NCBI GenBank assembly: GCA_032718475.1 | Contig: JAUCBJ010006126.1 | Location: forward strand, 1-34,835 | Direction of reading: 5' to 3' | Length of the DNA: 34,835 nt | Source: Nemertoderma westbladi | Lineage: Eukaryota; Animalia; Xenacoelomorpha | Shown: piece by piece, positions 24,101 through 33,675 of the stretch | How positions within the stretch are numbered: position 1 is the stretch's first letter | How the letters are laid out: the number at the start of each line of letters is the position of its first letter | Notes under the pieces: generated by a model | Told to the model about the DNA's origin: nothing | The model's database searches: none | What the model saw: only the letters and a program-made list of their open reading frames with translations | Program-made: the position numbers and the translations under genes

Positions 24101-25404
24101 TTGTTCAGTGAATATATTTACACTAGGCTAAAAGCTATTACTTTTTGTATTTGTCTGCCCTTACTGACCTTGACACCATAATATTACAGCTTGTACTTGT
24201 GCAGTGGCCTTTAAAGGTGGCAGTTTTGTGTCATACAGTATGCAACCGAAAGATTTACTAATAATTGTTTGTTGTTGTCGGTAGTTTTGTAGTAACTCAA
24301 CGTTTATAGACAATGCGTTCCAGAAACTGTTCTTTTTTCACCCCATCCCTACTTTTTCGTTTTATTACAAAATGTAACATTGAACTACATACTAAACTTG
24401 TTTTTAAATGGTTATCATATAGGTATAATTTCTTTAGATTTTATAGAATGTATTTATTTAGAACTATAAATGGTTCCACTTAATTTTAGAAAATTTGATA
24501 ATCCAAAGGTTCTGTGTATTATTTAATTTTGGAGTTAAATAATAGTTAAGTAGTTCAGATATTATATAGTTATTAGTATTAAATTGACACACGTTAGGTA
24601 AACACCCTTACAGGTGGGATTTCTTCAACGACCAAAATCTATATAATAACTGAAAAGTTACTGATAGCAAGATGTTTCATGCAATAGTATGAGAATTATA
24701 ATTAGTTAATCAATATTATTCTACCCAGTAGATGACGTTGTGGTTTAATTCGGAATTTTGTATATTTTGAAATTGTGAACCTCAATGAATCTGAAACCCA
24801 CTAGAGTCTAGTTTCCGGAAGGATCAACATTTTAATATTGAGAATACTTTATCAAAACCCTTTAAACTCATTTATTATCACGATAATATAAATTTGAACG
24901 CACATTTCCTAAAATATAAATATATGTTGATTCAGACAAACTATTGAATGTTACTGATTTATCACAGTTAGTTTATTCCTGCTGTAATTTTTTCCCCATG
25001 ATTTGTTTATTTATTGTTAATTCATAGGTATTCGTGATTTTACATTATTTTAATAGATCATTTATTGTGCTTTGGTTAAAATATAATTACAATTACTATT
25101 TATGTCTTGTAGTACAATATACATACAGGGTCTGGTCTACACAATGTTTGGTTTTTTAATAGCTGTGCTCAATGTTTATCAATCCAAACAATTGGTCGAA
25201 GCTAAACTCCTATCCCAAGTCTTTTCTTTTAATCAGTTTAAGCTAAAACTTGGTAGATTTGTATTAGACCATTAGCTCTTGTCATTCAAAGGGGGATAAT
25301 CCTTCTGCAACTCTCTACTCTGCCGCTAGAGGGCGAAATGTGTGAAAGTGAAATCCTTGAACCATTCCGTTATTTATAATCCGTTCAAGTTGAAACGTGT
25401 CAGA

Positions 25405-25995
25405 TGTGACGGGATCAAGGGATCCCGACCGGATTTGATTCTTACGCGTCACTACAGGCTGATGGTGGTTAATAAAAGAGTCTTAGTTTGATGTGCCTTC
25501 GTGAATGTAATATAATATGATATAAAGTAATGATAGCAATAATACTGAGTAACCGGTAACAAAATAGATAATATACAAGGCAGTATTGCAGTGACGGTAG
25601 AACTATATTGCCGGCCTGCACTGAAACTGACTACTGAATAAACTGAGCTACGGGCCGGTAGCAAATAGATAATATATAATACTCTACCGCTACACTACTG
25701 TGGCCTTTCACCCAGTGGATGCCCTCCTTCGCCCCTATTGGCCAATAACCTACTTCACGCCTCCCATTCTCTCTGGGAGTGTTTCCCCCCCTGTTGGCCC
25801 CTGCTGGTTGTTTTCCCCTTTCGAGGTGGATTGACCTCTAACCTCCCTTTGTGTGGCTTTGGGGTTTGTGTTGTCCCCGGTGTTGGTTGTGATACGAGAT
25901 TGGTTATTGCCAATCTAGTATCTCCAACATATTGCTGAAAAGGTGCCACTTCCCAACTTTGTGAGGGTAGTGCGGCGGAATTGAATCCGAATACA
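25405..25995 (-). repeat. Putative 3' LTR (about 591 bp)
   Basis: The minus strand begins TGTATTCGG right after a polypurine tract and ends ...CGTCACA. Only one copy is visible and there is no canonical AATAAA on the minus strand, so the left boundary is tentative. Confidence 0.55.
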
Positions 25996-26007
25996 CTCCC
26001 CCCCCCC
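25996..26007 (-). promoter_or_regulatory. Polypurine tract (PPT)
   Basis: Minus-strand GGGGGGGGGGAG directly followed by TGT. Confidence 0.65.
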
Positions 26008-26727
26008 ATGCTATCTTCCCGGTGAGAAGATAGCATCACCTGTAAGTGCGCTTCAATTCCGCTGGAACCCGATCTACTATCGGGTGTGGGGTGGAGTTCT
26101 TTTCTTGGAGTCGGCTTTCCAGGCCGCTCCCTCTGGGTATGATATTACTACCCCTTCTTGGTGCAACCGCAACCTATGTTGCACCAAGACATCTGGCGTC
26201 TCGGTTCGAGACAATTGTGGACTCTTCTCACACAATTTTGTATCTCCACTCTACTCTAGACTGATTCTAACTTCTCTAGCTCCACTCTACTTTCGGACCT
26301 CTTTGTCCCTCACTCTACTTCTTACTCCTCGCTCCCCACACTTTGAATTGCACCTGTACTCCTTCCACACACGTCAACACCTCTTCCCACTATCTCCCTG
26401 CACTCCTATACTCAACCCTTACCCGTTTCGCTCCACTCACCCCTGACGAGCCTCACCCTCCCCTTTCGCGCCGTCGCACTCAAGAAGTGTGAGTCGTCTA
26501 GTGTCTCGTCCTGTCATAGTCAATTGGTCCCCAGTCCCAGTAGCTAGTTGGAAAAGGTTACATGACTATAGTACTTACTTTAATTATATTGAATATGTAT
26601 TGATTATATAATTATACTTATTACATACGTACATACTAATTGCACTTTTATTAAATTTGCACTTAGAAGTTCGCATTACTTCGCATGTGGTGCCTTCCAG
26701 GCATCCCCACATCTCCCCCTCCAAGTT

Positions 26728-29259
26728 CTAATTCGCTCCTCCTGAATCTGGGAACCATATCAGGTCCTGTCTCGGTCGCTTCCTGGTTGTCGCCGCTTCC
26801 TTGTTCTTGTCCTCCTTAAGGCTCCTCATCCTTGCCGTTACCTCCTTACTGATTCCCATGGTCGATTCCTTGGGCGCTGATGTGATTAGCTCCCGGTATC
26901 GCTTCGCAGGTGGCCCCTCCGAATGCCCCTGCTGCTTTCCCCTAGTAGCGTCCCATAAGATCACCTTCATGGCCCGCGGCACATGCTCCGCCAGGAAATC
27001 TCTGAACTCTCCCCGGTTCTCTGGCGCCCATCTATCTAAATACCTCTGTGTATTGATCACTCCACCATACGATGCCGCCGTCACTACTTCTTGATAAGTA
27101 AACGGAAGTTTCCGTTTAATACTTTCCAGGTGGGCCTCCTGGTTAATATTGAAGAAACCCCACTGGAACTCCTGGGCCATCATTCTTTGCCGCGTCATGA
27201 CCCCGACGTCGGCCCACTCCTCGAAGATCTTAAACTTCTCCTCGTCGTCCATCCAGTCGCACTGGCGTCCGTAGTGTCCCCGAAAGTTACACTTAGAACA
27301 CCGGTTGTGCAACCGCGGACACGCCCCCATCCTGTGACTTGACTCGTGGCAGTAGAGGCAACTCGTCCCCTTCAAGCAGCTCTTTTCTTGGTGAGTAAGC
27401 CTCCCGCAGTAATCGCAGCCATGTATCAACGCATCCCACCCCAAGTCGTCTTTTGCCCCAAGCGATCTCCTCGGTCTATGGAGCCGTTGGTAAGCAAACT
27501 TCTGGACATTAATGTCTCTGTCCATGTCTATATCCTCGTCTCGCCTTGGCATCATCTCTCCGAACACTACCTGTGGTGCCGTTCCCGGTTGTTCGCCCAA
27601 CCTGATGGTGATCCCCGCGAAATCCATCGCCGGCTCCTCATGCAGCCAGGCCCGCTTGCCGGGTTTATCCCAGAAGGCCCTCGCCCCGCTGGCCGTCACC
27701 ACTCTCCCGCCAACCCAGTCCCTGTCTGAGTGGCCAATCCTCTCGATGGGTGGCATCTCCCCGAACTCATCGTCATCCTCGTCCTCCGCTGGGAGTGGAT
27801 CCAAACCCAGTATCCTGGTAGACCCACTGTGTCCCTCCCCACCTTGGCTCTCGCCCATGACTTTCCATCCTTCTAGTTCCCTTGGTCTTTTCTTCGCGAA
27901 ATTGCCCTCGGCGCCCGCTGGCATGGGCGTCGCCTGCAATCCTGATGTCGACTGTTTCGGCGATCCTTCCGTCCATCCCAACTCCCGCCCCAGAGACTCG
28001 CCCGAGCTCCCTGATCCCCACTGTAAATCGTCCAAGGCCTGGGCCTCGAACCCGTAGCCCTCTCCTCTAGCTTCCGCCTCTCTTTCATCTGCCTCCCTCC
28101 TTTCTCGTCTGGCGATTTCTTCCAATCGCTTCTCCTCTAGTCTATCCGCCTCCAGCTTCTCCCACCTCTGATATGGTGTATCCACCTCCCTGTCTACTAG
28201 ATATCGGCAGTTGTAGTATACCGACTCACCCTTCAGCCCCGGGTGGTCTGCCAGACCCTCGAAGGCCACTTTGAAGGCTCTTCTGTAGTTCAGGGGTGAT
28301 CCTGATAGCTGAAATGCCATTGGCTCTCTTCCGATAACCACGGCCATGAATAGGTTTAGTAAACCTATCATTATCCAATCCTCCTGCAGGATATATTGCT
28401 TCTGATATATCTTTATCACTCCTTTCCGGAATTGATACACCTCCTGTTTCCCTGGCCTCGCTCCCCACTTTAGCGAGTTCGCCAACTCCGCTCCATACTC
28501 CTCCCTGAATTTACCCCAGTCCATCGGCTTGTGGCAGACGAGCCCCATTAGCTGGCCCATCACCACTGCTCCGCAATGTCCTGTGTTCTCTACTAGTCCC
28601 AACCCAGCTGGCCCTGTCATAGCCATGTAGACCGTTTGCATGTCCAGGAGGTTGGGGGTCTCCGGACTGATGATCCTCTCCGCATCGTCGTGGATCGCTG
28701 ATCCCACCTTCATTGTCGACTTCTCCCTTACTACGTTCTGCACCGCCCTTGACAACTGGTTCAACTTCGGCCCACTCTTCTTCCCATACTTTCCCAGATT
28801 GAACAGGAATATGTCCCCATTTGGCGCAGCCAAATGTAGAAGTATGGTTCTGGCCGACCCCGCCGACCTTCTCCTCGAACCCTCTTTGTCTTCCACGGTC
28901 CCTTCGTCGTCTAGGACCATGTATCCTCCCCTGCTGACGGACTCTACGAACCTCTTCCAGTCCTTTCTCGGTGGTTCCCTCGGATACTTCGGTATCCCGA
29001 ACTTCGCCTCGTCTCCCTTCACCACGTAGTGGAAATGCTCGAGGATCGCGTTGTCTAGCGACGGCGTCCCGTAGGTCCCGACCAGCCGCCTCTCGTGCAC
29101 CTCCCTGAAATGGTCCTGCAGCGCTCGCGCCTTATGACCCTTCTCTAACCGCTCGTAGTATCCCCTCGTCTTCTCCTCCGGATGCCTCTCGGTGAAGTGT
29201 ACTAGTATCTCCTTTCCACCCATTTCCGCCTTTCTCTTTCTGACAAGTCTCTCCGCCAT
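26728..29259 (-). CDS. Retroelement-borne protein: DEDDy 3'-5' exonuclease-like domain, coiled coil and three CCHC zinc knuckles (843 aa from the first ATG)
   Basis: Uninterrupted ORF. Exonuclease-like motifs in order: YMVLDDEG, LLHLAAP..IFLFNL, KVGSAIHDDAERI, LLDMQ, GQLMGLVCHK, QKQYILQED. Knuckles CDYCGRLTHQEKSC, CLYCHESSHRMGAC and CSKCNFRGHYGRQC all fit C-X2-C-X4-H-X4-C. Confidence 0.78.
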   Translation of the reverse strand: MAERLVRKRKAEMGGKEILVHFTERHPEEKTRGYYERLEKGHKARALQDHFREVHERRLVGTYGTPSLDNAILEHFHYVVKGDEAKFGIPKYPREPPRKDWKRFVESVSRGGYMVLDDEGTVEDKEGSRRRSAGSARTILLHLAAPNGDIFLFNLGKYGKKSGPKLNQLSRAVQNVVREKSTMKVGSAIHDDAERIISPETPNLLDMQTVYMAMTGPAGLGLVENTGHCGAVVMGQLMGLVCHKPMDWGKFREEYGAELANSLKWGARPGKQEVYQFRKGVIKIYQKQYILQEDWIMIGLLNLFMAVVIGREPMAFQLSGSPLNYRRAFKVAFEGLADHPGLKGESVYYNCRYLVDREVDTPYQRWEKLEADRLEEKRLEEIARRERREADEREAEARGEGYGFEAQALDDLQWGSGSSGESLGRELGWTEGSPKQSTSGLQATPMPAGAEGNFAKKRPRELEGWKVMGESQGGEGHSGSTRILGLDPLPAEDEDDDEFGEMPPIERIGHSDRDWVGGRVVTASGARAFWDKPGKRAWLHEEPAMDFAGITIRLGEQPGTAPQVVFGEMMPRRDEDIDMDRDINVQKFAYQRLHRPRRSLGAKDDLGWDALIHGCDYCGRLTHQEKSCLKGTSCLYCHESSHRMGACPRLHNRCSKCNFRGHYGRQCDWMDDEEKFKIFEEWADVGVMTRQRMMAQEFQWGFFNINQEAHLESIKRKLPFTYQEVVTAASYGGVINTQRYLDRWAPENRGEFRDFLAEHVPRAMKVILWDATRGKQQGHSEGPPAKRYRELITSAPKESTMGISKEVTARMRSLKEDKNKEAATTRKRPRQDLIWFPDSGGAN

Positions 29260-29754
29260 TTCGAACGCTCCCGATCGCTCACCTACAAGGTGATGCCTTG
29301 CCAAGGCTCAATATAGGTGAGTAATGTAGTTAGGATGGTCTGTGCGGTCCGATAATGGCCTATCTCTCTCAGAATGCTAGGTTTTACGCTATATTTTGCC
29401 TATCTACCCCCTAAAGTGCTAAATTTCCCTAAATTCCCTAAATCTGTCAGTTACTTTTATTATGTTCTAGAATTGTCTGCCTACTGTTGCTATAATTTGT
29501 TGAATTTTTAATTTAATTATAATTTTGAATTCTATCACTGTGCTATCAATACTTATAATGGATTATTTGTCTAAATAACCCCTATGGTTTGCGTACAGGG
29601 TAGACTAGCTATTCCTTACTGTGCTAGTCTGCACCAGGTAACCTCCTGTCCCTGTATCAAACATTCTGACCTATTCTACGGGCTGTGCAGTACAGCAGTA
29701 TGTTTTGTGCGGCGTACACGGTCTGTCCTGCTGTACCCACGTGCCCCCCTCTCA

Positions 29755-30200
29755 CTTCTTACTACTAACCCTACTAACTCTCTAACTCTACTAATTCCCT
29801 AACTCTTACTAACTCTCTAACTCTTACTAACACTCTAACTCGTACTAACTCTTACCAACTCTCTAACTCTTACTAACTAACGGTACTACGTACCCTCTTA
29901 CAACTCTACTAACTCCACTAATGGTACTACGTACCCTCTTACACTCTACTAACTCCACTAACGGTACTACGTACCCTCTTACTCTCTAACTAACTCCACT
30001 AATGGTACTACGTACCCTCTTACTCTCTAACTAACCCCACTAATGGTACTACGTACCCTCTTACTCTCTAACTAACTCCACTAATGGTACTACATACCCT
30101 CTTACTCTCTAACTAACTCCACTAACGGTACTACGTACCCTCTTACTCTCTAACTAACTCCACTAATGGTACTACGTACCCTCTTACTCTCTAACTCTTA
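29755..30200. repeat. 41-bp tandem array (8 copies) preceded by short ctaact repeats
   Basis: ggtactacgtaccctcttactctctaactaactccactaa(t/c) starts at 29882, 29923, 29963, 30004, 30045, 30086, 30127 and 30168. Confidence 0.95.
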
Positions 30201-31429
30201 CTATCTTCTATCTGCCTACTTACTTACTACTACGTACTATGTACTATTACTTTCCTTTCTCTTTCTAACTTTCTTTCTATTATTATTATTTTTTTTTATT
30301 ATTATTTTTTTTTATTTTTGTGGGTAGGGCGTCTCGCCCTCAATCCCACCCCCCTCAGTCCAACACTTGGACGATTAAACTCTATGGTGCCCCTTCTAGC
30401 AGGTAACACTTCTATCCGCACTTCTACGGATCTAACTCTTCAATCCCCCCCCCCCCCCCCCTCAGTCCAACTTATTGGACGACTCAGCGACCTAAGGGTG
30501 ATTCTTCCAGCAGGCAACTCTCCCACTGCCCCCCTGTAGGTCCTCTAATTCTTCGCCCCACTCTCCTTGTCAATTCCAACTCTCTTGGAATTGACCTTCT
30601 CTTCTCTCCTGTCCTTAAATCTGGAAAGTGCCGCCTATTCTCTGTATTACTGATCTCCTCGTGGTTTTCCCCTGGCGGCAAAGTGCCACCCTACAACTTG
30701 TCGTTTGGCGGTATAATGCCAGCCCCTGATGTCATCCTTACTCTTACATGCTACCTCTGCTGGCCTCCCCCTTAATATGTGTGCTGGCATTAAAGCCCTC
30801 GACGACCCCCGGTCGTCCTTCGGTATACATGATGTCTTACCATTTAATGCCCCTTCGCACTCTGCCAGCCCCGTGTGCGTGTGCAACACGCCTCCTTCTA
30901 CTTTCCTGGCTCCTTTGTTACGTTTAATAATGGGCTTCTCTGCCCCTGGTCTAATCTTCTCACATCCTCTCCCTTTCCACCTTGTCTTCTTACTCGACCT
31001 CCCCCTTTTCGGTATCCCTCTCACCCGGACTGGCATCTCCTCCAGACACTCCTCCGGACACTCCTCCGGAGATCTCGCCGTCCACTCTTCTCCACCCTCA
31101 TACCGATACTTGCCAGGAACATCCTTGTTCCATCCCATCGCCTCTAGGTCTTCGGCATCCAAGCCATTCTCCTCCGCCCACTCTCTTGGTGTTGCTTCCA
31201 CTTCTAGCTCATCTACCGGCGGTATTTCACTGGAACTATCCTCTATCCTTTCACCACGCCCCACTATGCGTGGTTCCAGATCCATACCCAACTCCTGGTA
31301 TCCTTCCCCGGGCTGCTTCTTACATGGGACCTCCCCATCGCCCGTCTCTGATTTCTCCTCTACCTCCTCAACAGTGCCTGGCAGTATGCACCCTGAAGTT
31401 TCGGACACACTGAATGGAATGTTGGTTTT

Positions 31430-32574
31430 GATTGGGCCGGTTAGCGTCCATCCGAATGGTGTGAGGATTGCCACCGGATCACGCTGTCTGTCTTCTCTGA
31501 AGATCGTCTGATTTCTCTCGTGGGCCGTCGGGCAATCCATTCCCACTATGATGGATACCTTCCTGACGTCCACCTCCGGTATCGAGAAATCGATGTTGTC
31601 CAGGAATCTGTATTGCTCGACCTCGATGTTGGTTGGTTGCCTGGCGTTTATGTTAATCGATTCTATCACCTGGATGGGGTCGATGGTCGCCCCTTAGTCA
31701 CATCCCGGTGCTATCGCTGATATCTCGCACCGTCCCGTCCTCATCTCCAGGACCTCATCTTTGCTGGAGATGGTTGTTACCACCATCCTACTTGGCCTCG
31801 TCTTTAGTCCTATCTCTTCGGCCACCCAATTCTCCACTGACCAGTGTGAAGGCTGCTCCACTGTCGACCAGCATCAACGTGGTTACTGATCGACCGCCTT
31901 CTCCTATCACCCTCACTGGTACTACCCCGAGTAGTACCGTTCCTCTTTTCTTCGCCCCTACGGTGCTTGTCGCCATTGTCTGCCCTTTGCCTTGACCGAA
32001 CTTAATTGGTGTTTCTTTGCATTGATCAGCTTTGTGTCCGCCCGCCACACATCGATAACTGATTCCACTCTTCCTTGCGTATTCTACCTGATCTTGTTTG
32101 GGCAACGCTTGCCAATACCTGCAGTTCTTGGTCTCGAATGCAATTGGCATTTGTTGTTTGGATTATAGCCGTCCCTATACAGTGCGCTGCGTATCGCACT
32201 TACGTTCGTACCTAGTTCCCTACTGTTCTTATTGTTTGGATTTGGCCTACTGGGCGTGTTGGGGTTATATTTGTTTGTGTTGTTATTTTGCCCCTGTCCA
32301 CTCCATGGTGTGGCCCTACCCCCGGCTACATGTGGACTAGCAGTCCCCTGCGTCGCCGCGTATGGCAGCGATTGTCTAAGCTTTGGTAATGCATTTGCCG
32401 TGTTGTGTTCTGGTTTCGGCCTGTTATACTCGGTCGTTGGCCCCCTCCCCAGACTATCCTCGCTATAGACTGGGTCCGTGATCAACTCTGCTTCGTAGTT
32501 GAGTGGAGAAGGCGATCTTTCTCCATTTATTGTGCAGCCAGATCGGCAGTGCCTGCGCTATTGTGTTGATATTA
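31430..32574 (-). pseudogene. BEL/Pao gag C-terminus, zinc knuckle and aspartic protease (frameshifted)
   Basis: IAQALPIWLHNKW, SYRCVAGGHKADQC (first Cys lost), VLLGVVPVRV..TLMLVDSGAAFTLV, VSIIVGMD and PVAILTPFGWTLTGP, spread over several frames. Confidence 0.88.
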
Positions 32575-33675
32575 CTAGAGACGGGCCTAGCGGCCCGTGA
32601 AGCAAGTCGTAGGAGACAGTAGGAGTCAAGTAAAAGCTTTTTGTTCTGTCTGATAATCAATTAGTGTGAGGGTAGTCCCGGTGGCGTACGAAAAATTTTC
32701 TAGACAACTTCAAACTATAATTATTATGTTGTATCATCTAATGAATTACAGTATAAAAGCTGTTGTGATTATAGTAGATAGAGAGCAGTTAGCAAAATGA
32801 TTATTTTATTCTATCGGATAGAGTAGTCAGAGAGGAGTCGAGGTGTCAATTGATTAATAATAATAACAGCAGTTGTCATGAATTCAATATACAATCGCGC
32901 ACAAGAAGTGAAGCACAAGAAGACAAATTCGTTCTTATTTTTGTAATAAATAAAACAAGTTGAGATGTTTCAATGTAAACCGCGATTAACAATTTACACT
33001 GTTCAATGTAAACCACGATATAAATTAAATACAACAATTATATTATTATTATAACAGATTTTTATATTTCAAACTATAATGTTAGCCTTATGGAGAATCA
33101 TTCTGAGGCTGAGTAAACATTCAGCCTTATAAGCATACAGCCTCCACAGATTTCAAAATAAAACAATAATGCGATGAGAGCATAGTACAATACACTGTGT
33201 AGCCAACACACTGTATAACTAACAGTCATTTAGCTTGCATGCCAATTAATTAACATAGCAAGGATGCATGGGGAAGAGTTATTCAGCTGAGACTGTAATA
33301 GCCAGCTAAACCAGTTGATGTTAGCTTACTGTCTGGGTTGTAGAGTAGAGTGATAATAAAACTTGGCAGAGAAAGTACTTCTTTGTTAGTTGCCCTTCCT
33401 ATTGAATGCTTTACCAGGCCATCTCTATACATTTTTCATGAGTGCCAGCTGGTGTTTTATCATTGCGCCTATGGCAATTTTCGTGTTTTGGGGCTATTTT
33501 TCGAAATAAAACAAGTTGAGATATTTCAATTTAAACCGCGATTTCACAAGTACCCTTAGAAATCCATTTTCATGGTCCATGCAAAATTTCATCAAAATCA
33601 TTAGAGCCGTTTTTGCTCTACGTCAGTAGCCAGTAGCTTTTTTTTCTTACAGTAATCAAGTCTAACGACTTGCTA
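32575..33675 (-). mobile_element. Helentron/DINE-1-like non-autonomous element (HINE) inserted in gag
   Basis: Subterminal inverted repeat AGCAAGTCGT/ACGACTTGCT, 3' hairpin ACGGGCC-TAGC-GGCCCGT next to a CTAG end, and a short 5' inverted repeat caagtc..gacttg. Removing it with one ATTA restores gag ...ELNASNINTIAQ... Confidence 0.8.

Noticed and set aside
21193-25300. Additional genes in the AT-rich downstream region
   Set aside because: There are no substantial ORFs or recognisable motifs. It is probably 3' UTR and intergenic DNA with old repeat fragments, and several AATAAA sites cannot be ranked.
26728-29304. Extra ORF as env or as a second gag
   Set aside because: It has no signal peptide or C-terminal TM helix and no capsid-like motif that I recognise. 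A separate gag already exists upstream. The TTG start at 29304 is unlikely in a eukaryote.
29882-30200. CRISPR-like appearance (palindromic repeat at regular spacing)
   Set aside because: The intervening sequence is also repeated, so there are no unique spacers. The context is eukaryotic and has no cas genes.
26801-31995. Plus-strand Ser/Pro/Leu-rich ORFs
   Set aside because: They are antisense shadows of the purine-rich minus-strand ORFs and have no recognisable motifs.
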